IMG/VR virus record: IMGVR_UViG_3300017780_003084
Span: 1-64,000 of that record
Reading direction: 5' to 3' (one strand)
Origin: a virus
Taxonomy: Duplodnaviria > Caudoviricetes
DNA length: 64,000 nt
Shown here: piece after piece, positions 19,990 to 30,578 of the stretch
Layout: the number at the start of each line of letters is the position of its first letter
Position numbering within the stretch: the first letter of the stretch is position 1
Position numbers and translations under genes: made by a program
The notes under the pieces: generated by a model
The model's input: the letters and a program-made list of their open reading frames with translations, nothing else
What the model was told of the DNA's origin: nothing
Database searches by the model: none

Positions 19990-20643
19990 TCAAAATGGAC
20001 TATCGCTGAGTTCTTCTGAGTCATCTACAGGAGCTGCTTTAGCTTTTGACTTAGGAGCTGCCTTCTCAGGCCGCGCTTCAAGAACTTCCTTACGAGGAGC
20101 TTCTGTCTTCACTGGCTTAGAGCCGAACTCGTCGCCAGCTTTACCACCACCTGAAGATTCATACTCTTTAAAGTTATCTCCTTCCATTAACACGTTCTGT
20201 AAACGAGCAAATGTACCAAAATCATTTGTAGAGATGTAGTAAGACACTTTACCAAACGAGCCATTAGCGATGAGTCGGGACTGTCCGATTTCTGTACGAG
20301 TACCTTCAGAGTCATCTACAAATACTTTTGGACGGAATTGATCATCTATTGCAACACCGTCATTTGTAGCTTGACGTTTCAGCTTAATACCAAAAACATT
20401 CTTCTCGCCTTTTAATGACTCAGGTACTGGAATCTTATATTTAGCTTCAAATTCAGAAGCTTTAATCTTCTTAGCTGGTTGCTTTTTAAACTGCTCATCC
20501 CATGCATCTGCTGTATCTTCATCTACAATAACTTCAATAGACCATTCCTTTTCAGTGCTTTGATACTTGGTGTCAGGCTGGCCTACTTTAGCGTAGACAA
20601 AAGTACCTTCGACACTACCATATTGTGATTGTTTAGTTGCCAT
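19990..20643 (-). CDS. Single-stranded DNA-binding protein, T7 gp2.5-like
   Basis: OB-fold-like core, IANGSFGKV motif, acidic tail ending DSPF. Confidence 0.75.
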   Translation of the reverse strand: MATKQSQYGSVEGTFVYAKVGQPDTKYQSTEKEWSIEVIVDEDTADAWDEQFKKQPAKKIKASEFEAKYKIPVPESLKGEKNVFGIKLKRQATNDGVAIDDQFRPKVFVDDSEGTRTEIGQSRLIANGSFGKVSYYISTNDFGTFARLQNVLMEGDNFKEYESSGGGKAGDEFGSKPVKTEAPRKEVLEARPEKAAPKSKAKAAPVDDSEELSDSPF

Positions 20644-20742
20644 TATTTAGTTTCCTTTATAGAATTGCTACTTAGATTTGTGTAGAGCACTTGCCTAAAG
20701 ACACTACACTGCCTTGTTTTCATTACTGCCTTACCAAAACCA

Positions 20743-20974
20743 CTAAGCAGACCAATCAGCAGTAATATCAGTCCACTCTAAATCTGATGGAACATTTTCA
20801 CACAAATAACATTCTCCACCATAATACCCATTACTACTGTTCCTGTAAATCATCTCTATGCTAACAGTATGTCCCTTGGTAGTTGTACTTTTGCGCTATT
20901 GTTGGTAACAAGTCTTCTGGGGTAATTGTGTCAGAATAATTAACACCGATTTTAAAATCCATTACTGAGGTCAT
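20743..20974 (-). pseudogene. Split/frameshifted gene with an RNSSNGYYGG-type C-terminal half
   Basis: 37-aa ORF 20861-20974 followed by an out-of-frame 44-aa stretch (KGHTVSIEMIYRNSSNGYYGG...DWSA*) at 20743-20877. Confidence 0.5.
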
Positions 20975-21690
20975 GGTTTCTCCTTTGGCTTCATAAGAAC
21001 TTCTACTGTATGCTTTTGCACACCTTCAGAATCTCTAATATCTTTCTTACTAGCATATTCCCAGACAACTTCCCATCCAATCGGAACATTCTCTTTGTAC
21101 TCCGAAACTAAGACTGTAAAGCCTTCTTGACACTTATCTTCAGCCCACTTGTAAAACTCTTGGTGGTTAAAGCTACCAACTGAATACTGTGTAGAGTCTT
21201 TGTAAGGTATGTCGCAGTATAACATGGAACCTTCGGGGATTACAACATCTTTGTAGCTTTGGTTGAGAAATACAACATCTGTCAGGTTTTCAGACTTCTT
21301 CCTGATAGAATTCACACCGTTACTGAAATAGTCATCTCCGCGACTATTTCTTGCGAATCCCCTAAACCAATCACCACCAAATGCCAAACTAAATCCAACA
21401 AAACCTCTAAACCAAGCTGGATACTTTTCATTATGATCTTTCTTAATTTCTTTGTACTCTTCCTCAGAAATTCTCACAGGATTAAAGTATCCTTTCTGCA
21501 CAGACTTCCACATCTCAATCAATTCATAGTGCAAGTCATTAGCAATACGAGTTCTGTTAGATTCAATCTTGCTGATAACATTACAACTTCCACAAAATAA
21601 GTCTACAAAAGGTTGATCCTCTTTCAGTTGTGAGTTTAAGTATTGTGCTAGTGGTTTAGCTATCCTAGCTTTTCCTCCGAAATACTGCAT
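20971..21690 (-). CDS. DNA adenine methyltransferase, D12/Dam-like (alpha class)
   Basis: YFGGK, FVDLFCGSC, IANDL, catalytic YCDIPY (DPPY variant), VLVSEY. Confidence 0.85.
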   Translation of the reverse strand: MQYFGGKARIAKPLAQYLNSQLKEDQPFVDLFCGSCNVISKIESNRTRIANDLHYELIEMWKSVQKGYFNPVRISEEEYKEIKKDHNEKYPAWFRGFVGFSLAFGGDWFRGFARNSRGDDYFSNGVNSIRKKSENLTDVVFLNQSYKDVVIPEGSMLYCDIPYKDSTQYSVGSFNHQEFYKWAEDKCQEGFTVLVSEYKENVPIGWEVVWEYASKKDIRDSEGVQKHTVEVLMKPKEKP

Positions 21691-21962
21691 TATGTTTTCT
21701 CCTTTGTAATAAACCTACTATGAATCCACATGCCCAACATGGCTCCAAGTCCACTACCAGCCCCTATCCAAAATACTAACCAACCCCATCCATGCTTGCT
21801 AATAACTGTGATAGTCCAAACTTCAAGTGCTCCCATCATTAGAGATACTGGAAGTATTAACATGTAGTGTTTGCCAGCGACTGATAATTGTTGAAATGCT
21901 TTGAGTGCAACAAAACAGAAGCTTGCAAAGAATGCTAGGAAGTACATTGCAGGTGGGTTCAT
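21690..21962 (-). CDS. Small multi-pass membrane protein
   Basis: Three hydrophobic helices ending GSGLGAMLGMWIH. Confidence 0.7.
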   Translation of the reverse strand: MNPPAMYFLAFFASFCFVALKAFQQLSVAGKHYMLILPVSLMMGALEVWTITVISKHGWGWLVFWIGAGSGLGAMLGMWIHSRFITKEKT

Positions 21963-22612
21963 TTAAAATCCTTTGCATAATAGTGCTTAGGGTTCTTCTC
22001 CTTGTGCAACTCTTTCAACTGCTTTACCATTGGAGTAAGAGCTTTGTAAGCCTCCAATTGCCCTGTACACAATGGACGATCATCAATCAATGTACCTGCT
22101 GCTTGAGCTGATAAAATGATGTCACAGTTAGCTCCAATAGCTCCAAAGTGATTTACACCATCAACTTCATCTACTACTTCACCCATTTTAATTTTATCAA
22201 GGTGACGTTGAATAGCATCTAAGTATATTGACATAACAACTTCTGTTCCAATATAATTGCTTAAACCATACTTCTCAGCTCCGTTCAATTTACCAAGAGC
22301 TACATGAGCTGCAAACAAAGGGCTAATCATTCCCATTGGTAGCGCGTAAGAACCTATTTGTGCTTTTGGGTTTACATCTGAGGAGATTACATATTCACTA
22401 TTACTCTTCAAATAATCCTCCAGACTAATAATCTTATACCCTGCATTTTCATACCAGAGTCTATCACAATGCAGCCAGAGAGTATTCTCTTTATTTATGC
22501 AATCTGAGCTTGGATATTGTTCTGCAATAATAGCGAAAGGTTTGATCGTCTCAAGCATCTTTAACCAGTCTTGTTTTGTTGGGCAGTAAATTGCTACTTT
22601 TTCATTATTCAT
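21959..22612 (-). CDS. dATP/dGTP diphosphohydrolase (DUF5664-like) with an N-terminal extension
   Basis: NPKAQIG, GAEKYGLSNY, YLDAIQRHL, GEVVD..DGVNH.GAI.AN, DDRP. Confidence 0.8.
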   Translation of the reverse strand: MNNEKVAIYCPTKQDWLKMLETIKPFAIIAEQYPSSDCINKENTLWLHCDRLWYENAGYKIISLEDYLKSNSEYVISSDVNPKAQIGSYALPMGMISPLFAAHVALGKLNGAEKYGLSNYIGTEVVMSIYLDAIQRHLDKIKMGEVVDEVDGVNHFGAIGANCDIILSAQAAGTLIDDRPLCTGQLEAYKALTPMVKQLKELHKEKNPKHYYAKDFK

Positions 22613-22642
22613 AATATCTCCTTCTGTTTGTTAATAAATGCT

Positions 22643-22671
22643 ATTGTAGAGCGTTTTGGTTTGTGTGTCAA
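22643..22671 (-). promoter_or_regulatory. sigma70-type promoter
   Basis: TTGACA-17-TACAAT. Confidence 0.7.
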
Positions 22672-24824
22672 GTAATAATTAACTTCTCAGCTTCTGCCAC
22701 AAAATAATCATAGTCGATATCTCCAGCAAAGTCATCAATATTATTACATGTTGTCACATTCCATTCCTTATCAATTGACAATCTACGTTCCTCTCCACCT
22801 TCTTCTAACGGTGGCATAATCTTCACAAGCTTACCACCAGATTTACAAGGGTAGTAACGACAAATATTCTGCTGTAACTCTTCTGTCCCATCTTCTTTCA
22901 CAAGCACTAATCTACTGTTACGAGGTACTTTCGTTCGCAACATGAAGTCGAAAATGTTGTTATGATTCTGAATAAACTCTTGAATGTCAATACCATGTAA
23001 CATGTGAGCTTCGGCTGCCATCGGAATTACTAACGATGAAGCATTCTTATTCCATGCTAAATCTTTGTATTCGTAAGCACCTTTGTTCTTCAATTTACCA
23101 TTGTCGTACACACATAAGTAATTGTTGACATCGCGAATAAACATCTTAGTGTAGATGGCATATTCAAGTTGTAACTTTACTTGGTTTTCCCACAATTTAC
23201 AAGCTTCATAATATTCTTTCTCGTATTGCTTTTTAAGAGCCACTGTCACACCATCTGTGTTAGCACCAACCATTAGAGTACCTTCAATTTCCAGTAATCT
23301 CTCAATCAACAAACACAACGATAACTGCCCGTTCAAAGTAATCTTCATGGTGTACATAGGGTCATAAAACACACTGTACTGATTATTACTGTTACCGTAA
23401 GTAGCATTCAGTGCCAACTTCAACATTGCATTCTCTGGAGCTGTTTTAGGATAGCTCTTACGTTGCTCATAAACATCCTTATAAATATCACAGAACTTAG
23501 CTGTCAAATGCAAAGGATACACATTATTACTAATACCAATGTTAGGATACATTGAACTAACGTCAGCATCAACAATTTTGTACAGAGAAGTTTCCTTAAC
23601 TACCTTGTTCTGCAAGCTACCGTGAAGCCCTCCTGTGCCAAAGTCCAAACGAAAACCGTTGACAACTACATTCAGAGTTTCGGCTTCTTTCCAGCAACCA
23701 TAGAATGATTTCTTATTCACTCTTACTTTACGTGTTTTCTCTTTACCTTTAGCATCATAATACTTCTCAAACACATGTTGACCGTTTTCATCAAGAAGAT
23801 ATTCTGTTGCAGCAAGTTCTACCTTCTCAACCCAACCTTTAGGATGTTCTCGCAAGAAAGTATTGTATTCAGTACGAGTTGGCTCTTGTTTGAATTTCTT
23901 TTTCTTAACAACCATTTCAGCATACTTAGCAACCTCTCCTAAATTGTGTTCATCAATATCTGAGAATACTCCCTTGGTTTCTGTAATAGTCTGCTTCTCA
24001 AACCACTCTTTAATGGCAATGAACTCAGGACGTTTGAAGTCATAATAGTCAAACAAGCATTCTTTAATCTTGATACTGCTACGTTTGGTTTGTCGTACTT
24101 TACTCTTACCTTCAGTATCTTTTGTGTATAGAGGAATACCAGCTTTCTCCAATTCCATCACAAAGTAATCACCACCAATTTTAGCATCTGAATGATTGAT
24201 AAAATCTCTACCATACATATGAGTAAGCTTCTCACGGAACTCAATCTGAGGAATACTGTGTTTGTAAAAATCAAGAGTCATCTTCACGTCATGTTCGTTG
24301 TACTTAATCAGAGTATCAATTTCTTCATCAGTAAGAATTTTACCAACAGGAAATGGCAGGTCTTCAATGTTCTTTGATCGCATATTAAACTCAAGCATTT
24401 TCAAACTTGTTGCTTTAGCTTTGTTGTCGAAGTGATGAATCTTGTACAAATCCATTTGCTTCACATGTCGCTCGTCAACTTTCACAGTGTTTGGAAATTG
24501 ACCCTTGAAGCTCTCAATTTGTTTCTGTGCAAACTCATACATCTTCTTTGCAATAGTGATTCCATTCTTAGGAACCTTGTCTTTTTCTCGCAAGTTTAAT
24601 AGTGAATGTAACACAGGATAGTCAAAACCTGTATTGTTAAACCCTACTAAGTAATGATCTTGTTCATTTAAGTAGTCCAGACATTTGAACACTCGATCAA
24701 TTTCATTCTTACGACTACTCACCTCAAATGTTTGTTTGAATTTACCATCAGAACGAACAATACTAAAACTGAAGCAGTTCGGGTATGTTTCCAGATCGTA
24801 AATCCACTTGTCTAAACCACTCAT
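22668..24824 (-). CDS. DNA polymerase family B with 3'-5' exonuclease
   Basis: Exonuclease YDLETY, VGFNNTGFDYP, YNEHDV; motif A DADVSSMYP; motif B KLALNATYG; motif C ANTDG. Confidence 0.92.
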   Translation of the reverse strand: MSGLDKWIYDLETYPNCFSFSIVRSDGKFKQTFEVSSRKNEIDRVFKCLDYLNEQDHYLVGFNNTGFDYPVLHSLLNLREKDKVPKNGITIAKKMYEFAQKQIESFKGQFPNTVKVDERHVKQMDLYKIHHFDNKAKATSLKMLEFNMRSKNIEDLPFPVGKILTDEEIDTLIKYNEHDVKMTLDFYKHSIPQIEFREKLTHMYGRDFINHSDAKIGGDYFVMELEKAGIPLYTKDTEGKSKVRQTKRSSIKIKECLFDYYDFKRPEFIAIKEWFEKQTITETKGVFSDIDEHNLGEVAKYAEMVVKKKKFKQEPTRTEYNTFLREHPKGWVEKVELAATEYLLDENGQHVFEKYYDAKGKEKTRKVRVNKKSFYGCWKEAETLNVVVNGFRLDFGTGGLHGSLQNKVVKETSLYKIVDADVSSMYPNIGISNNVYPLHLTAKFCDIYKDVYEQRKSYPKTAPENAMLKLALNATYGNSNNQYSVFYDPMYTMKITLNGQLSLCLLIERLLEIEGTLMVGANTDGVTVALKKQYEKEYYEACKLWENQVKLQLEYAIYTKMFIRDVNNYLCVYDNGKLKNKGAYEYKDLAWNKNASSLVIPMAAEAHMLHGIDIQEFIQNHNNIFDFMLRTKVPRNSRLVLVKEDGTEELQQNICRYYPCKSGGKLVKIMPPLEEGGEERRLSIDKEWNVTTCNNIDDFAGDIDYDYFVAEAEKLIIT

Positions 24825-24827
24825 TTA

Positions 24828-26142
24828 TCACTCCTCCAAATCGTAAACAAAGGCAATACTATACTCCTTCTTAGCAGCCTCTGCAATAGCTATAGCAATC
24901 TTTGTACATCTCACACATTGATTATATCCAGCATTCTCTCGCCAATTACTATCATCTCGACAGCTATGGTAGGAATGTTCTTTACCAGATAATATATCTT
25001 CCCATTCATCTACAATATCTGACAAATCTACTTTCAATGTTTTCTTACTCATCTTTGAATTCCTCTTCAACATACTTGTCAATCTTATCTGCCAATTCCC
25101 TCAAGTCACTAGCAAAACTAACTGCAAAAATACGACTCATGAAGTCACAAGCACCAACATCATAAGTGATTCTTGCAAACTCTTGGTATAACTCATTTCT
25201 AGATTTACGCTTATCAAAATAATCACTCATCCTCCAAATTCCCAAGCAAAAGCTCCACCAAAGGCTCTAACAACTTCTCGGCAGCTTCTTCCCAAGCTTG
25301 TTCCACAGTATTATAAGCTCTAATTTTAACCTGCTTGCTACCAAACTGAAACATATAGAAATAACCTTCATCTTCAACGTACTCTTCACCAGTATAAATC
25401 ATTCCCAAACCTTCTGCCACATCAACTTTAGCTAGTTTCATTTCTCCTCCTTAGACGCAATAATTTCCATGTACAAAGCTCCTACAAGAAAATAGGTAGC
25501 TTTGCTGTAGTCATCTGTGAATGCGTAGTATGTTGCCATTAATAAGCAGATGATGTTTAAGATTCTGTGAAAGTGGTATGTCATTGTTGTTCGTCCTCAA
25601 TATCCATGAAAGTTTTACGAGTGTTTCCAAATCGTGTCTCTCTGTCTTCATATACACGTAAACGCTCCAACACAACTTTCATTACAGCATCTTCAAACTC
25701 TTGTTGTGATGAGAATGTGATGGATTCTGGTAGATCGTATGGTTCTTCAAAGCGGTATTTATTCCACCACTCTAAACTACCACTATCATCTTCTATAAGA
25801 TATCCTGTTTTATCGTCTCCCATCACTTTATAACAATTCCTCTCTGTTAAAGGAACTCCTAAATCACTTTGAATACACTTCACATATTTAGCCATCTTGT
25901 CTAGCCTCCTTAATTAACATTTCCAAGTGAGCTGCCATCATCTCGTAGGCATGATAATTTCCTACAATAAAACTATCATAATACTCCCGAGAGTTCTCTT
26001 TCATACCCTGATAAGCATACTCCAAAGCCTTCTTCAACATTTCCTCTGCTGTTGGTTTAGTAGGCTTACATTGTGGCATAGGAGGGTAGCGCGTAGGTGT
26101 TGGTAATCTTGCGTCTGGTGGATAATGCCCGTTAGTTGTCAT
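24828..26142 (-). CDS. Run of small hypothetical ORFs
   Basis: 24828-~25052, 25045-~25230, 25223-25441, 25581-25895, 25888-26142 and a small membrane ORF near 25440-25584. Confidence 0.6.
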
Positions 26143-26209
26143 ATCAATCTCCTTTGTGTTGTTAACAGCTCACATAGTATAGAAGGTTTTATGAGCTGTC
26201 AACTATATT

Positions 26210-27991
26210 TTAAAACATTATCGGATTCTTTTCCATCCAATCCTGCTTATCATGCATTGTGTGAGTGTTGTTGTCGTAGTAATACTGTCCTGCAATACCT
26301 GTTCTACCTGTCCAACGACACTTACTCATCTTCATATAAGTGGTGTTACGCTCCATAACATCTTCAGCTTCTTTATTACGAGTGAATAGTAAATTACAAG
26401 CTGCAGACTTAATCAAACTTCCAGAGCCAAAGATATCTTCTTCATGCATATCTGCACCTGTACTATTTGCTTTTTGCCCACTACCACTTTTACGAACATG
26501 CGTTACATTAATAAAAGTAACTTTGTGGCTCTTTACAACACCCTTCATCCACTTACAGAATGAAGCTTGCTTCTCATTATCAAGCCCTTCTAATAAATCT
26601 GACACAGGGTCTAGGATGATAACTTTACATTCACAAGCAATGATTAGCTCCATAATCAAAGCTTTCATAGACTCCAAACCACCGTCACGATCTTCAATCA
26701 AGTGCCAACGATCTGTCCCATCAGGATTAGTAAATAACTCCTGAGAAGCTGCCACAATATCAGGCCGATCTAAGAAAGCCAACTTATCTTCGATAGATTC
26801 GATAAGATCAATTTTTACACCTACATGCCTACTGAGCATCTTAGTGCCGTATTGGTCTTTGTCACTCTCTAATGTCACTGTACCAATTCGATGAGGGCTA
26901 TGGAAAACCCAGAAGTAATTACACTCATCAACAATTGTACTTTTGCCTGTACCAGATGCACTCGCAAGATTCAAGATGACCCCAAGAGGAATACCACCTG
27001 CCATCTCCTTCTCCACCTCATGCATAAATGGAGGTAATGGAATCTTTGGAACCATCGCAGCTTCTCGAATACTAGCCAACAATCCACTTGTACCTACAAT
27101 ACCATCAGGACTATAAGGCTTTGCATCATAGAAAGAGCTTATGAATTGTTTCTGTTTCCCTTTTGTAAGCATTTCATTAACGTCCTTCATTGGAAGATTC
27201 ATTACAAACATCTTACCTTTAGGAAGAACTTCTACAAGCTTTTGTACGGCTTTCTTTCCAGCTTCATCTTGATCGTAGCAAATGATAATACGCTCGAAAG
27301 TTGCAAGCCACTCATAATGTTTCTGAATTTGCTTGTAACTACCAGCTTCACCAATACCTGAGCTTACACAAGGGATAGCTGCAAAATCACTGTTACGACT
27401 CTTCCGATAATCTTCTAACATCTGGAATGCTGACATACAGTCTACTTCACCTGCTGTGATGACAACATATTTACCACCACCATTCTTCCACTTCCATTGT
27501 CCGAACAATTCACTATCTTTACCGATCTTCCCAACACTTCGGAAGTCTTTAGGAATCATTCTAATCTTATACCCTGCAGGTTTGTAATCTTCAGTGTACG
27601 GGTAGAATGTATCTGTTACTTCACCTGTTGTTTCGTCATACTTAAATCGGACAGCATACGCCTTGTAAGTTTCATCTGTAATGTCTCGACTGCCCTTACC
27701 ACTTGTACCAGTTTGTTCCTTAATCTGGTCTGCTTGTTCCTGCGTCAATAGTTCCTTTGTACTCACTTCACTCTCCTCATAGTAATCCTCTTCGTCATCC
27801 CATCCCATTGCCTCACGATGCTCTTGACTAGCAATAGTCCAACCACAACTCCAACAGTGGGCAGACTCTGTACTAGCATAGACATGGAGGTTATTTCTGG
27901 AATTATCTCTTCCTTCTCGTATACAACGAGGACAGCCTGTCTTCTGCTCTCGTGTTAAATCAATTCCATGCTTCTCTGCTATTGCTGACAT
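26210..27991 (-). CDS. Primase-helicase, T7 gp4/Twinkle type
   Basis: Zn finger CPRC...HCWSC; TOPRIM VITAGEVD..S, ICYDQDEAG, KDVNEML; Walker A ASASGTGKST; IILDP; HVRK. Confidence 0.95.
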   Translation of the reverse strand: MSAIAEKHGIDLTREQKTGCPRCIREGRDNSRNNLHVYASTESAHCWSCGWTIASQEHREAMGWDDEEDYYEESEVSTKELLTQEQADQIKEQTGTSGKGSRDITDETYKAYAVRFKYDETTGEVTDTFYPYTEDYKPAGYKIRMIPKDFRSVGKIGKDSELFGQWKWKNGGGKYVVITAGEVDCMSAFQMLEDYRKSRNSDFAAIPCVSSGIGEAGSYKQIQKHYEWLATFERIIICYDQDEAGKKAVQKLVEVLPKGKMFVMNLPMKDVNEMLTKGKQKQFISSFYDAKPYSPDGIVGTSGLLASIREAAMVPKIPLPPFMHEVEKEMAGGIPLGVILNLASASGTGKSTIVDECNYFWVFHSPHRIGTVTLESDKDQYGTKMLSRHVGVKIDLIESIEDKLAFLDRPDIVAASQELFTNPDGTDRWHLIEDRDGGLESMKALIMELIIACECKVIILDPVSDLLEGLDNEKQASFCKWMKGVVKSHKVTFINVTHVRKSGSGQKANSTGADMHEEDIFGSGSLIKSAACNLLFTRNKEAEDVMERNTTYMKMSKCRWTGRTGIAGQYYYDNNTHTMHDKQDWMEKNPIMF

Positions 27992-28000
27992 TATCTCTCC

Positions 28001-28711
28001 TCAACAAACGTACCAATATCCAATTCCAACATCCTCAAGAACATGTTCATCACTGAATAAGAAATCTTCAACTTCATCTCCTAGTTCATTTACAGACCTC
28101 ACTTCAATGAAACTCCCTCCGTAAGTGTCTCGCGGAGATTTTGTTGACAACACTTCATAAACATAGTATTTCTTAAAGCCCATCAGTCCCCCTAATACTC
28201 ATTATAATCAAATCCACAATTATTCGCAGCTCTTTTAACTCCCTCTCATCAACTATCAACTGCTTGAGAATCTGCTTATCTAGCTTCTGTATCACAGCCA
28301 GTTTTATAGCATCTTCCTTAGCTCCTAACATACTCCAAATGTCATACCCAAGTAATCCTTTGCTATGGAATATTTCCCACTCGTGTTTTATCCTTTGCTT
28401 TCTTTTAGCAATACGACTCTGCAGTGCGCTAATTAGTGTTAGTTTGTTCATGATTCCTCCACTTTATTAAACTTATGCTCCCACCATTCTTCATAAGTAT
28501 AAATTTCTAATTGAGAACGTTTTTCATCACCATGCAGATTTTGTGGGAATATATCAAAACCTAAAAATCCCTGGTTAGAAAATTCTCCCTTTTGCTTACA
28601 CCAATCTTCAAAGTCACACAAAAGCTTTTCTGCAGAGGAATACTCTATGTAGTAATCATTGTCCCAAGAGTTGCAATAGTCATAGTAATTTACTGATAGT
28701 ACGAGTTTCAT
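28001..28711 (-). CDS. Three hypothetical proteins (28001-28183, 28173-28451, 28448-28711)
   Basis: Coupled ORFs with RBS. Confidence 0.6.
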
Positions 28712-30084
28712 TCCACACCTCCATTCTTAACACAATGTAATTGGTAAACACAGCGAGCATAACTGTCAGCTTCTTTCTTGTCAAGACGCTCTTCAATAAA
28801 CACTGGCAGAAACAGAGAAGCAATCCTACTATCACGCTTAGAAATAACGTCATTGGCTTTCACTGTAACAATAATACCGTAGTTTTGTATAGTCTCTGGA
28901 GAATACATTTCCCACCAAGCTTTACGTTGCTCATTTGAGAATCCTGTACCTAAATCTGACACAAGCAATCTATCACTAGAAGCCACTGTAAAGCTTCCCA
29001 TCATACCTTTAGCCTTACCTGTACCTTCTGTCATACCAATCACTTGCAAATCTACTTCAAACTCGATTTTAAGTTTTACACAGTTTTTTGATGTACCGTC
29101 TTTCCACAAAAAGTCTGTTACCTTAATAACAGCTCCCTCCATGCCCTCAGATGTGAACTTAGAATAAATCTTGTAAGCTTCTTCTAACGAATTAACGAGA
29201 TGACGTTCTACAACCTCAACATTTGACATACTCTTAGTGATGTGTTCAAGTAAGTCTATTCGCTGGTAGTATTTACGAGCACTCACACCTGCTTTGAAAT
29301 CTTCCACTGTCAAGCAGTCCCAAGCTGTCATTTTAACAGTTTGATTTTCTGCTAACTCTCCACCTTTCAACACGCTATTAAGTATGCCATTACCTGTTTT
29401 ACGATCTAGTAATACACCGTCTTCGTACACAAGCATTTCTCCTACAGCTACAAAGCCATCAGGAAGCCCTGTAGCAACTTCTCTTGAGAAATCGGTAGGG
29501 TAGCAACTACCTGCTCTTGTAATCGCTTGTGGAGGCTCTCCTGCATTCTTTACGAGGTACGCAAAGCTGCCGTCACATTTTAGCTCTACATAGAACTCTG
29601 GGAGCTGTGAAAATTTCTTCTTAGCTTTCTCATCCAGTAAGCTGCAACGTTGATATCCTACTGAAAACCATAAATCAGGAAACACTTTCAAAATCATTGT
29701 ATCTCCTACGCCAGCTCCGATAGACCGTTTCAGAATAAGTTCAATCAACTCTTTTGACTCTGGAGATACAGAAGCGTATAAATCGTTCAAGTAGTTCTTA
29801 GCTTTGTCTCCTGTGATTTCTCGTGTTGAAAGCACTTCCATCTCACTTAAAATATAGCGATAGTTTGGGTAATAACTTCCATTGTCTTCAAAATAATCTG
29901 ACCAATCTAAATTCCAACCCCTCTTCTCAGAAACTTTGGATTGATAGTAACTAATAGCAGGACTATACACTGACTTCAAGTAAGCCTTCAACAGCTCATT
30001 GTCCTTATTAGCTTCCAAAATAGCTGTCTTAGCATTTGAGCCAGAAGCATTCTGTAGCTCTTTAATAATTGTGTATAAACTCAT
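28708..30084 (-). CDS. ATP-dependent DNA ligase
   Basis: ELKCDG (KxDG), VGEML, EGAVIK, WKDG.S...VKLK, SLFLPVF...RLDK. Confidence 0.92.
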   Translation of the reverse strand: MSLYTIIKELQNASGSNAKTAILEANKDNELLKAYLKSVYSPAISYYQSKVSEKRGWNLDWSDYFEDNGSYYPNYRYILSEMEVLSTREITGDKAKNYLNDLYASVSPESKELIELILKRSIGAGVGDTMILKVFPDLWFSVGYQRCSLLDEKAKKKFSQLPEFYVELKCDGSFAYLVKNAGEPPQAITRAGSCYPTDFSREVATGLPDGFVAVGEMLVYEDGVLLDRKTGNGILNSVLKGGELAENQTVKMTAWDCLTVEDFKAGVSARKYYQRIDLLEHITKSMSNVEVVERHLVNSLEEAYKIYSKFTSEGMEGAVIKVTDFLWKDGTSKNCVKLKIEFEVDLQVIGMTEGTGKAKGMMGSFTVASSDRLLVSDLGTGFSNEQRKAWWEMYSPETIQNYGIIVTVKANDVISKRDSRIASLFLPVFIEERLDKKEADSYARCVYQLHCVKNGGVE

Positions 30085-30107
30085 ATACTCTCCTTATCTG
30101 TAAATAA

Positions 30108-30148
30108 ATTCCCCGACACAACCTAGATAGTAGAGTATGTCAGGGAAT
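30108..30148. terminator. Hairpin / terminator
   Basis: ATTCCC.GACA...TGTC.GGGAAT. Confidence 0.6.
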
Positions 30149-30175
30149 GTGTTAAGCTATTTTATAGAAGAACCT

Positions 30176-30578
30176 TCAAAGAAGAACTACTTTCTGTGTA
30201 TATCCAAACTCTTCCGCATCACCATCATCTGTTGTGTAGTTATCCCATAAGCAAAACTCATTAGCTTTCTCTGCGGCTGTGAATGCGATTGAAGGTGTGG
30301 AAGTTCTCTCTGGAGATTGCCCATGATCGCAACAAGAATACACTTCCAAATCCTGCGGCATATCTTTCAGTAATTCAATTAGTTCAAATACTTTCATAAT
30401 GTTCTCCTTAATCAGAGCTACTGCAACTAGAAGAACTGTCGCCAGAGCATCCACAGTCTTTGTAATATGATTCACGTTTCTTACGGGATTGCTCCTCTTT
30501 CAATTTAGTTAGGCGTTCTGCTTCACGTTCTTGTTTCGATTTGAATATGTTAAACATTGTTTTCTCCTTGTTATACAA
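30176..30578 (-). CDS. Two hypothetical proteins (30176-30397; ~30408-30557)
   Basis: RBS AAGGAGAA upstream of each. Confidence 0.55.

Noticed and set aside
21959-22612. Evidence for a Z-genome (2-aminoadenine)
   Set aside because: No PurZ or DatZ recognisable in the window, and an adenine methyltransferase is present. DUF5664 alone is insufficient.
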